NCBI GenBank assembly: GCA_033764015.1
Contig: JANRJK010000046.1
Span: 192,001 to 256,000 of the forward strand
Direction of reading: 5' to 3'
DNA: 64,000 bases
Source: Candidatus Sumerlaeia bacterium
Lineage (GTDB): Bacteria; Sumerlaeota; Sumerlaeia; SLMS01; JANRJK01
A program made the translations under genes and the position numbers. The notes beneath the pieces are model-generated. The model worked only from the letters and a program-made list of their open reading frames with translations, did no database searches and had not been told where the DNA came from. Positions 53,338 to 61,545 of this stretch are shown here, one piece after another (the first letter of the stretch is position 1; every line of letters begins with the position of its first letter).

Positions 53338-55368
53338 ATGTCCGCCAGCATCCCGCAGATCGACGCCGCACTCGTCCGCCGCCTCGCCAACACCGTCCGC
53401 GGCCTCAGCATCGACGCCGTCCAGAAGGCGAACAGCGGGCACCCGGGGCTGCCGCTCGGCTGCGCGGACCTCGCCGCCACGCTTTGGCTCAACTTCCTGC
53501 GCTACGATCCCTCCGATCCCGCCTGGCCGAACCGCGACCGCTTCATCCTGTCGGCGGGGCACGGCTCGATGCTCCTCTACTCGCTGCTTCACCTCGCGGG
53601 CTACGAAGTGGCGATGGACGACCTGAAGGCGTTCCGGCAGTGGGGGAGCAGCACCCCCGGGCATCCCGAGCTGCACATCACGCCGGGGGTGGAGGCCACC
53701 ACCGGCCCGCTCGGCCAGGGGCTGTCCAACGCCGTCGGCGTCGCGCTCTCGGGACTGATGCTGCGCGACCGCTTCGCGGACAAGGCGCCCGGCCTCTTCG
53801 ACCACTTCGTCTACGTGCTCGCGAGCGACGGCGATCTGATGGAGGGCGTCGCCTCGGAGGCGTGCTCCCTCGCCGGCGAGTGGCGGCTCTCGAACCTGAT
53901 CGTCCTGTACGACGACAATAGCATCTCGCTCGACGGCCCCACCTCCCTGTCCTTCTCCGCGGAGGACCCGGTGAAGCGCTTCGAGTCCTACGGCTGGCAG
54001 GTGCTCCGCGCGGACGGCCACGACCCGGAGTCGGTCGCGAAGGCGACGCTCGCCGCGCAGCAGGACCCGCGCCCCTCCCTGATCGCCTGCAAGACCGTGA
54101 TCGGTTACGGTTCCCCCAACAAGGCGGGCTCGTCCAAGGCGCACGGCTCCCCGCTCGGCGCGGAGGAAGTGGCGCTGACGAAGGAGAAGCTCGGCATCCC
54201 GGCCGCGGCGTTCCACGTTCCCGCCGAGGACCGCGACGTGTGGGCCGCCCGCGCCCGCGCCAACCGCGAGGAGCACGCGCACTGGAAGGCGCGCCTCGCC
54301 GAGTTCTCCGCCAAGCACCCGGAGGCGTTCGCCGAGTACGAGGCGCTCCGCACGCAGAAGACGCCCGCCGCGATGGCCAAGGACCTCCCGGCGTTCGATC
54401 CCGCCAAGAGCGTCGCCACGCGCCGCTCGTCCAAGGACGCGCTGAACGCGATCGCCAAGCACGCCTCCTGGCTCGTCGGCGGATCCGCCGACCTGTCGAG
54501 CTCGACCAACGCCGTGATCGACGGCACCACCCGCGTGAAGGCGGGCGACTACAAGGGGCGCGACCTCTACTTCGGCGTCCGCGAGCACGCCATGGGAGCC
54601 ATCGCCAACGGCCTCACCTCGCAGGGCTTCTTCCGCTGCTTCACGGCCACCTTCCTCACCTTCAGCGACTACATGCGTCCCGCGATCCGGCTCGCGGCGC
54701 TCAGCAACATCCCCAGCATCTTCGTCTTCACCCACGACAGCGTGTTCCTCGGCGAGGACGGCCCCACGCACCAGCCGGTCGAGCACTACGCCGCGCTGCG
54801 CTCGATCCCGAACCTCGTGACGCTGCGCCCCGGCGACGCCGCCGAGTCCGCCCAGGCCTGGCTCTTCGCGGTCGAGGAGAAGCACCACCCCTCGTGCCTC
54901 CTCTTCACGCGCCAAAACCTCCCCGTCTTCGACCGCAAGAGCGACGAATTCAACCCGGCGGACGGGCTCCGGCTCGGAGCCTACGTGCTCCGCCCCGAGA
55001 AGGGCGACAACGCGCCGGACCTGGTGCTTATCGCGACCGGTTCGGAGCTGCACCTCGCGGTCGAGGCGGCCCGCAAGCTCGAGGCCGAGGGCCTGCGGCC
55101 CCGCGTGGTCTCGATGCCCAGTATGGAACTGTTCCGCGAGCAGGACGCCTACTACCGCGACAGCGTGCTTCCGCCCGCGGTTTCGCGGCGGCTGGTGGTC
55201 GAGTCCGGAGTCTCGCTCGGTTGGCACGAGTGGGCCGGATCGAAGGGCGAACTGGTGACGTTGGACCGATTCGGCTCGTCGGCGCCCGACACGGTGCTCG
55301 CGGCGAAGTTCGGATTCACGGTCGAGGCGGTCGCTTCGCGGGCTCGGGACCTGATGCGCCGCGGTTAG
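53338..55368 (+). CDS. tkt: Transketolase
   Basis: [61 protein letters not shown]. Confidence 0.97.
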   Translation: MSASIPQIDAALVRRLANTVRGLSIDAVQKANSGHPGLPLGCADLAATLWLNFLRYDPSDPAWPNRDRFILSAGHGSMLLYSLLHLAGYEVAMDDLKAFRQWGSSTPGHPELHITPGVEATTGPLGQGLSNAVGVALSGLMLRDRFADKAPGLFDHFVYVLASDGDLMEGVASEACSLAGEWRLSNLIVLYDDNSISLDGPTSLSFSAEDPVKRFESYGWQVLRADGHDPESVAKATLAAQQDPRPSLIACKTVIGYGSPNKAGSSKAHGSPLGAEEVALTKEKLGIPAAAFHVPAEDRDVWAARARANREEHAHWKARLAEFSAKHPEAFAEYEALRTQKTPAAMAKDLPAFDPAKSVATRRSSKDALNAIAKHASWLVGGSADLSSSTNAVIDGTTRVKAGDYKGRDLYFGVREHAMGAIANGLTSQGFFRCFTATFLTFSDYMRPAIRLAALSNIPSIFVFTHDSVFLGEDGPTHQPVEHYAALRSIPNLVTLRPGDAAESAQAWLFAVEEKHHPSCLLFTRQNLPVFDRKSDEFNPADGLRLGAYVLRPEKGDNAPDLVLIATGSELHLAVEAARKLEAEGLRPRVVSMPSMELFREQDAYYRDSVLPPAVSRRLVVESGVSLGWHEWAGSKGELVTLDRFGSSAPDTVLAAKFGFTVEAVASRARDLMRRG

Positions 55369-55386
55369 GGGTTTCCCGCACCCGAT

Positions 55387-55455
55387 AATCATATAGAATC
55401 ATATAGTCAGGAGTATTGTGCGATCATGGACTTGAGCTATCTCAAGTCCATGGTC
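55387..55455. promoter_or_regulatory. Tandem direct repeat plus long palindrome upstream of a sensor kinase gene
   Basis: AATCATATAG twice (55387-55406) and CATGGACTTGAG-CTAT-CTCAAGTCCATG (55425-55452). Confidence 0.6.
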
Positions 55456-55505
55456 TAACTTTGGCTGACTCGCATGGTCTGTTAGAACCAGAGCCGCCAG
55501 AGCGA

Positions 55506-57653
55506 ATGAACTCTCCAAACTTCCCGACCGATCCCGACAACGAGCTGCAACGCTTGCGTGCTCGTTGCGCCCTATTGGAGTCGCATCTCCGGGAACTCCG
55601 CGAAGCGTTCTCGGGGTACACGGGGGTGGAGGGGCTGGGGGAGTCTATCTCCGAGCCGCCGGTCTCCTATGGAGACCGCACTTGGCCCGAACTGGGTGAA
55701 GTGGGGTTCGTCAGCGAAGAGCTATCCTCGCTGGCCAAGGCCCAGCTCATCCTTCGGCGCGAGCACGCCTTGCTTCGCGGAATCGTCCAGACGAGCGCGG
55801 CAGCGATCATCGTCTGCACCGTGGAAGGCCGCATCCTCCAGATGAACGACCGCGCGCGGGGGTTCTTCTCCCAGGCCGGGGTGCCCTTCGACGGCACCAC
55901 GATCGACTGCGACGCGCTGGAACTGACCGACTTCGACGGCAATGCCCCCGATCGCAAAGACACTTTGCTTGAACTGGTCCGCGTCCGCAGGGAGCCGGTG
56001 CCGAACATCGAGCGGCGCCTTGGCGAAGGCGCCTCCGCCCGCTACCTGTCGATCAACGCCGCCCCCTTGGAGGGTGTCGAGCACGAGCCCTCCGCCGTGG
56101 TGCTTTCCATCTTCGACGTGACGGAGCTGGTGCGCGCGGAGCGCGAGCTGCGCCGCAGCGAGAACCGTCTGCGGGTGATTTTCTCGTCCCTCGAGGGAGC
56201 GGTGGGGCTGATCGCCCCGGGCGGCGTGGTCGAGGACTGCAACGAGTTCTTCGCCTCCCGCTTCGGCGCGAGGCCGGCGGACCTGATCGGAGCCAGCGTC
56301 TACGGCCGTGCGAAGCCGGAGAAGGCAGCCATGCTCCGCGGTGCCTACGAGCGGGTGTTCGCGACCGGCGAGACGCTCCGCGGGGAGCGCGTCTGCGACG
56401 AGCGCCGCATCGAGGAGTTCCGCCTGTGCCCCGTGCACGCCCCCGACGGGACGGTGCAGTCGATCGTCGAACTGGCGGTGGACGTGACGGAGCGCAAGCG
56501 CGCCGAGGAGCAGCGCCTGGCGCTCGCCGAGCGGCTGAAGGACACGCAGGGCCTCGAGGCGCTGGCGAAGCTCGCGGGCGGCATCGCGCACGACTTCAAC
56601 AACCTCCTGCTGGCGGTGACCGCGAACGCGGACCTCGCGCTGGAAACGCTCCCGGACGACTCGCTCGCGCACGAGAGCCTCGTTGACATCCGCCGCGCGG
56701 CGGACCGCGCGACCGCGCTCTGCCGGCAGCTCCTCGCCTACTCGGGAAAGGGCCGCTTCCTGATCCGGCCGCTCGACCTGGACGCGATCGTGTCGGAGGA
56801 GCTGCAGCTGGCGGCGAGGCACTCGCCCCGCCCGGTCGAACTCGATCTCGAGCTGGCCGGAGTGTCGCCCGTGGAGGGCGACGAGTCCACGCTGCGCCAG
56901 CTGATCGCGCAGTGCGCGGCGCGGCTTTGCGAGGAGTCGGGTGTGCTGCGGGTGCTGACGGGGCGGACGCGGCTGGCGGGCGGCGCCTCCGCGCCGCGCG
57001 TGTTCGCCGGCGCGCCGCTCGGACGCGGGGGATACGCGACGCTGCAGTTCTTCGACCCGTCGGGCCAATGGGCGCGGGAGCTGGCCGGGCCGGAGGACGC
57101 GGTCGGTCTGGGCGCCATTTCGTCGACGGTGGTGCGCAAGATCGTCCAGGCCTGGGGCGCGTCGCTGGCCGTCGAGGAAACGCCGATGGGGCACCGGGTG
57201 CTCTTCCTTTTCCCGCTGCGCGAGGATGAGACCGCGGTGCCCGCGCAGACGCCCCTCGCGACGGCGAAGGTCACGGGCGGGACGGTGCTGTTCGTGGACG
57301 ACGAGGCGATGCTGCGCGAAACGGGGGCGAAGATGCTGCGGCGCCTCGGCTTCGACCCAGCCCCCTTCGGCGACGGGCGCGACGCGGCCCGCGCGGTCGC
57401 GGCGATGCCCCCGGGGCAGCCGATCGCCTGCGTGATCGACATCACGATGCCGGGCATGGACGGCGTCGAAACGATGAAGCGCATCCGCGAGCTGCGCCCG
57501 GGCGTGCCGGTGCTGTTGTCGAGCGGCTACGCGGACGCGCCGGTGCCGCGCGTCGCGGAGCGCACCGGGCCGGTCGAGTTCCTGCAGAAGCCCTACGGCC
57601 TCGAGGAACTCGAGCAGGCGCTATCGAAGCTGCTGGGCCGCGCTTCGCAGTAG
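55506..57653 (+). CDS. PAS-PAS hybrid histidine kinase/receiver with a degenerate ATPase domain
   Basis: Two PAS/PAC units (DVTELVRAE, DVTERKRAE), H-box GGIAHDFNNLL, receiver (VDDE, IDITMPGMDG, SSGY, LQKPY); N, G1 and F boxes are not recognisable. Confidence 0.85.
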   Translation: MNSPNFPTDPDNELQRLRARCALLESHLRELREAFSGYTGVEGLGESISEPPVSYGDRTWPELGEVGFVSEELSSLAKAQLILRREHALLRGIVQTSAAAIIVCTVEGRILQMNDRARGFFSQAGVPFDGTTIDCDALELTDFDGNAPDRKDTLLELVRVRREPVPNIERRLGEGASARYLSINAAPLEGVEHEPSAVVLSIFDVTELVRAERELRRSENRLRVIFSSLEGAVGLIAPGGVVEDCNEFFASRFGARPADLIGASVYGRAKPEKAAMLRGAYERVFATGETLRGERVCDERRIEEFRLCPVHAPDGTVQSIVELAVDVTERKRAEEQRLALAERLKDTQGLEALAKLAGGIAHDFNNLLLAVTANADLALETLPDDSLAHESLVDIRRAADRATALCRQLLAYSGKGRFLIRPLDLDAIVSEELQLAARHSPRPVELDLELAGVSPVEGDESTLRQLIAQCAARLCEESGVLRVLTGRTRLAGGASAPRVFAGAPLGRGGYATLQFFDPSGQWARELAGPEDAVGLGAISSTVVRKIVQAWGASLAVEETPMGHRVLFLFPLREDETAVPAQTPLATAKVTGGTVLFVDDEAMLRETGAKMLRRLGFDPAPFGDGRDAARAVAAMPPGQPIACVIDITMPGMDGVETMKRIRELRPGVPVLLSSGYADAPVPRVAERTGPVEFLQKPYGLEELEQALSKLLGRASQ

Positions 57654-57668
57654 GAAGGCGGCTCAGCC

Positions 57669-58034
57669 CTACGGCTTCGGCTCCGGGGCGTCCGCCGGCG
57701 CGGGCTCCGGGGCGGGAGCCGCCTTGGCGCGCTTCGCCGGCGCCTTCTTGGCGGCCGGCTTCTTCGCCGCGGGCTTCGCGGCGGCCGCCTTCTTGGCGGG
57801 CTCCTTCTTCGCCGGCGCGTTCGACCATTCGATCTCGAACTCCAGCTCGCCCTTCTTCGCGGTCGAATCGTGCTCGATCCCGAAGACGGCGTCGGCGGGA
57901 ACCTTCACCTTGTTGGCGCCGACCGTGACGACGACCGGCTTGCCGGCCTCGATGGCGTCGGCGAAGCGGCGCAGCATCGCCACGAAGCGCTTGCGGGGGT
58001 AGTTCTTCTCGATGTCGCGGATGCGCGGAGCCAT
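57669..58034 (-). CDS. Amphi-Trp domain protein with a Lys/Ala/Pro-rich tail
   Basis: RDIEK.YP...FVA.LRR.ADAIE.G...IEH....ELEFEIEW, followed by PAKK/PAAKK repeats; AGGAG RBS. Confidence 0.8.
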   Translation of the reverse strand: MAPRIRDIEKNYPRKRFVAMLRRFADAIEAGKPVVVTVGANKVKVPADAVFGIEHDSTAKKGELEFEIEWSNAPAKKEPAKKAAAAKPAAKKPAAKKAPAKRAKAAPAPEPAPADAPEPKP

Positions 58035-58191
58035 GGCGGAAACTCCTGGGAGGGAATGGCCGGTGGATGCGCGCGCGGTGCGCCGTCTTGCAAGCGGATT
58101 CGTTCCCGGTTGCTACCGTGGGTGCATCGCCGGTGCGCTCAACCCCTGCCGCGGGCCACAAGGCCCGACGGCCCACGGGATCCGAGCCTTG

Positions 58192-59901
58192 ATGCAACCC
58201 CACGAGCCGATGGAACGCCACCCCGCCGACGGCCCCTCGCCGCGCGTGGAGCGGCGCTGGCTCGCGCTGCTGTTCGCGATGGCGTTCCTGCTGCTGACCG
58301 TCGGCCTCGGGAAGAGCGGCTTCGAGGGGCGCGACGAGCGGCGCTACGCCCGCGTCGCGTTCGAGGTGGGCCCCGGCGAGGACTTCTTCGTCATGCACTT
58401 CATGGGGGAGCTCTACCCCGACAAGCCGCCGCTCATGTTCTGGTCGCAGGCGCTGGCGTACCGCCTCACGGGCGGGCTCAGCCCGCTCGGCGCGCGGCTG
58501 CCGCTGGTTCCGTACACGCTCGGCGCGCTGGCGTTCGCGTATTTCGCGATGCGGCGTCTCGGGGGCGCCCGCGTGGCGCTGCTCGCGCTCGCGATGCTGA
58601 CCGTGGCGTTCCGGTTCGCCCATTCCGGGCGCTTCGCGCGGCTTGATATGGCGATGTGCTGCTTCACGTTCGGCAGCTTCTGGGCCACGGCGCGGATCCT
58701 GTTCCCCTACGCGGGCGAGCGGGCCGCGGGCCTGGGCGTCGTGCTCTGGGGATGGGCCGCGGCGGGCCTCGCCATCCTCGCGAAAGGTCCCGGCTTCCTC
58801 GTGTGGTGGATCGCGTTGGGTGCCTTCGCCGCCGCGCGGCGGGACTGGTCCGTCGTCAGGGCGCACCGCCCGCTGCTCGGCGTGCCCGTCATGCTGGCGG
58901 TGCCCGCGCTGTGGTTCGTCCCCGCGGCGCTGCTGGGCGGGATGGACTACATCGGCCCGATGGTCGGCACGCACGTGGTCGAACGGGCCATCGGCGCGGT
59001 GCGGCACGAGGAGCCCTTCCACTACTTCTGGCACAAGATCCTGTACGACTCCGCGCCGGTGGGTCCGGTGCTGCCGTTCGCGGCTTGGCTGCTCTGGAGC
59101 GGGCGGCGCGCGCTGCGCGAGCGCCCCGGCCTCCAGTTCGCCGCCCTCTGGCTGCTGCTGGGGCTCGTCTTCTTCAGCCTGCCGACGGGCAAGCGGTCGC
59201 TCTACATCCTGCCGCTCTACCCGGCGGCGGCGCTGCTCGCGGCGCACACGCTCTGGGCGGCGCAGGAGCGCGCGCACCGCGGCGTGGCGCGGGGCCTCTG
59301 GCTGATGCAGTGGGGGGCTTCCGCGCTGCTGCTGTTGGCCGCCCCGATGCTGCTTTGGCTCACCTTCGGGTTCGGCGAAGGGCTTCGCGAATCCCCCCCG
59401 GCATGGGTCAACGCGGGGTTCGCGCTGCCGATCGCGCTGGCGGCGGGCGCGTCGCTGCTCCAGCTCAAGCGCGGCCGGCTCGTGGCCTCCATGGCCTGCC
59501 TCGTCCTCGCGGTCCACCCCGCCTACTGGTGGCTCCACGCGGCGCTGTTCCCGATCAACCGCGACGACACCGTGGCGCGGGAGATGGCGGCGCGCATCGA
59601 GGCGGACGGCGGCGCCGGCGCGGCGGCGGCGGTGCTTGAGCCCGCCAGCGACCACCACACGATCTACGGCCGGTTCCCCTCCTTCGAGTTCGACAACAAC
59701 GGCGAGGCGAGGACATGGCTGCTGGCCGCGCCGGGCCGCTTCCTGATCACCAGCAAGGAGCGCCTCGAGGAGTTCCGCGCCAACCCCGCCACGCCGCCGC
59801 TGCGGTCGCACGGCGTCTGGTTCGACCCGCAACGCGGCCGCGACTTCGCCATCGTCAGCGTCGCCCCGCCGGCGGCGGAAGGAGACGGAACGGATGATTG
59901 A
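58192..59901 (+). CDS. ArnT-like (GT83/GT39) membrane glycosyltransferase
   Basis: DERRYA, YPDKPPLMFW, ARLP, ARLDM, LAKGP, HEEPFHYF, FFSL..GKR..YILP.YP. Confidence 0.88.
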   Translation: MQPHEPMERHPADGPSPRVERRWLALLFAMAFLLLTVGLGKSGFEGRDERRYARVAFEVGPGEDFFVMHFMGELYPDKPPLMFWSQALAYRLTGGLSPLGARLPLVPYTLGALAFAYFAMRRLGGARVALLALAMLTVAFRFAHSGRFARLDMAMCCFTFGSFWATARILFPYAGERAAGLGVVLWGWAAAGLAILAKGPGFLVWWIALGAFAAARRDWSVVRAHRPLLGVPVMLAVPALWFVPAALLGGMDYIGPMVGTHVVERAIGAVRHEEPFHYFWHKILYDSAPVGPVLPFAAWLLWSGRRALRERPGLQFAALWLLLGLVFFSLPTGKRSLYILPLYPAAALLAAHTLWAAQERAHRGVARGLWLMQWGASALLLLAAPMLLWLTFGFGEGLRESPPAWVNAGFALPIALAAGASLLQLKRGRLVASMACLVLAVHPAYWWLHAALFPINRDDTVAREMAARIEADGGAGAAAAVLEPASDHHTIYGRFPSFEFDNNGEARTWLLAAPGRFLITSKERLEEFRANPATPPLRSHGVWFDPQRGRDFAIVSVAPPAAEGDGTDD

Positions 59902-60733
59902 CACAGTCAAGAAAAGCGCCCCGCGGCCGGAGCCCGTCGTGCTCGCCGCCGAGTCCGTCTGCAAGTTCTTCGGCGGCGTGAAGGCCGTGAACAACGCGTC
60001 GCTGTCGGTCCGCAAGGGGGAGATCGTCGCGCTGATCGGCCCGAACGGCGCCGGCAAGACGACGCTCTTCAACACCGTGACGGGGCTGGTGGAGCCGACC
60101 TCGGGGCGGATCCGCTTCGACGCAGGGCGGGGCGCCGTCGATGTGGGCGGCCGCCGCCCGGACCAGGTGAACCGCCTCGGCATCGGGCGCACCTTCCAGA
60201 ACATCCGCCTCTTCGCCAACCTGACGGCGCTGAACAACGTTAAGCTCGGCGCGCACCAGAACGGTTCGACGGGGCTGCTCGGCGCGGTGCTCCGGACGCC
60301 CGCCGCGCGGCGCGAGGAGCAGGCGGTCGAGGAGCGCGCCATGCGGGCGCTCGGCTTCGTCGGCCTCGCGGACGAGGCGTACCAGCGCGCCGGCTCGCTC
60401 CCCTACGGACACCAGCGCCGCCTCGAGATCGCCCGCGCGCTCGCCCCGAGCCCCGCGCTCCTGCTCCTCGACGAGCCCGCCGCCGGCATGAACCCCACCG
60501 AGACCGAGGACCTGGTGCAGCTCATCCTCCGCGTGCGCGCCCTCGGCATCACCGTCTTCTTGATCGAGCACGACATGCACCTCGTCATGAAACTCAGCGA
60601 CTACATCTATGTGCTGGACCACGGCGAGGTGATCGCCGAGGGGCTCCCCGCGGAGATCCAGCGCAACCCCCGCGTGGTGGAGGCGTACCTCGGCCCCGAG
60701 GCGGCGGCGCAGCTCGCCGGGAGCGCTCGATGA
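59894..60733 (+). CDS. livG: Branched-chain amino acid ABC transporter ATP-binding protein (LivG-like)
   Basis: FGGVKAV, GPNGAGKTT, RTFQNIRLF, LPYGHQRRLEIARAL, LLLDEPAAGMN, IEHDM, VVEAYLG. Confidence 0.9.
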   Translation: MIDTVKKSAPRPEPVVLAAESVCKFFGGVKAVNNASLSVRKGEIVALIGPNGAGKTTLFNTVTGLVEPTSGRIRFDAGRGAVDVGGRRPDQVNRLGIGRTFQNIRLFANLTALNNVKLGAHQNGSTGLLGAVLRTPAARREEQAVEERAMRALGFVGLADEAYQRAGSLPYGHQRRLEIARALAPSPALLLLDEPAAGMNPTETEDLVQLILRVRALGITVFLIEHDMHLVMKLSDYIYVLDHGEVIAEGLPAEIQRNPRVVEAYLGPEAAAQLAGSAR

Positions 60734-61545
60734 TCGCTCCCGCAGCGCTCCTTCCTTTCATCGAGGAAACCGCCCGCGCCGCCGGCGAGGTCCACCTGCG
60801 CTACTTCCGCCGGCTCGAATCGGTCGAGAAGAAGGGCGCCATCGACCTGGTGACCGTGGCGGACCGCGAGGCGGAAGCCGTGGTGCGCGACCGGATCCGC
60901 GCGCGATTCCCCGGGCACCGGCTGCTGATGGAGGAGAGCGGCGCCTCCCCCGGCCCGGAGGACGTCACCTGGGTGGTCGATCCGCTGGACGGCACGACGA
61001 ACTTCGCGCACGGGATGCGGCTCTTCGCCGTCAGCATCGCGGTGCTCGAGGGGACGCGCCCGGTGGCGGGCTGCATCCACGCCGCGGCGCTGGACGAATG
61101 CTACACGGCGTCGCCCGGCGGCGGCGCGTGGCGCAACGGCGCCGAGCGGCTCCGCGTCTCGACGCGCGCCGCGCTGGCGGATTCGCTGCTGGTGACCGGC
61201 TTCCCCTACGACCGGGCGCGGGTGCTGGGGCCGCTGATGGAGATGATGGGCGCGGCGCTCGCGCGCTCGCGCGGAGTGCTCCGGCTCGGCGCCGCCTCGC
61301 TCGACATGGCGGCGGTCGCGGCGGGGCACCTGGACGGGTTCTACGAGTTCCACCTGCACCCGTGGGATGTCGCGGCGGGGGCCTTGCTGGTGGAGGAGGC
61401 GGGGGGGCGGCTGACGGATTTCGAGGGGCGCGCGTACGACGTGCTCGCGCCGCGCACCACGGTGGCGACGAACGGGCTGGTGCACGCGGAACTGCTCGCG
61501 GCGGTGACGGGTCCGCGGGCGTCGGCGTTCGCGGCGGCTACCTGA
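60730..61545 (+). CDS. suhB: Inositol monophosphatase family protein
   Basis: DLVTVAD, WVVDPLDGTTNFAHG, TGFPY, GAASLD, WDVAAG. Confidence 0.9.
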   Translation: MIAPAALLPFIEETARAAGEVHLRYFRRLESVEKKGAIDLVTVADREAEAVVRDRIRARFPGHRLLMEESGASPGPEDVTWVVDPLDGTTNFAHGMRLFAVSIAVLEGTRPVAGCIHAAALDECYTASPGGGAWRNGAERLRVSTRAALADSLLVTGFPYDRARVLGPLMEMMGAALARSRGVLRLGAASLDMAAVAAGHLDGFYEFHLHPWDVAAGALLVEEAGGRLTDFEGRAYDVLAPRTTVATNGLVHAELLAAVTGPRASAFAAAT

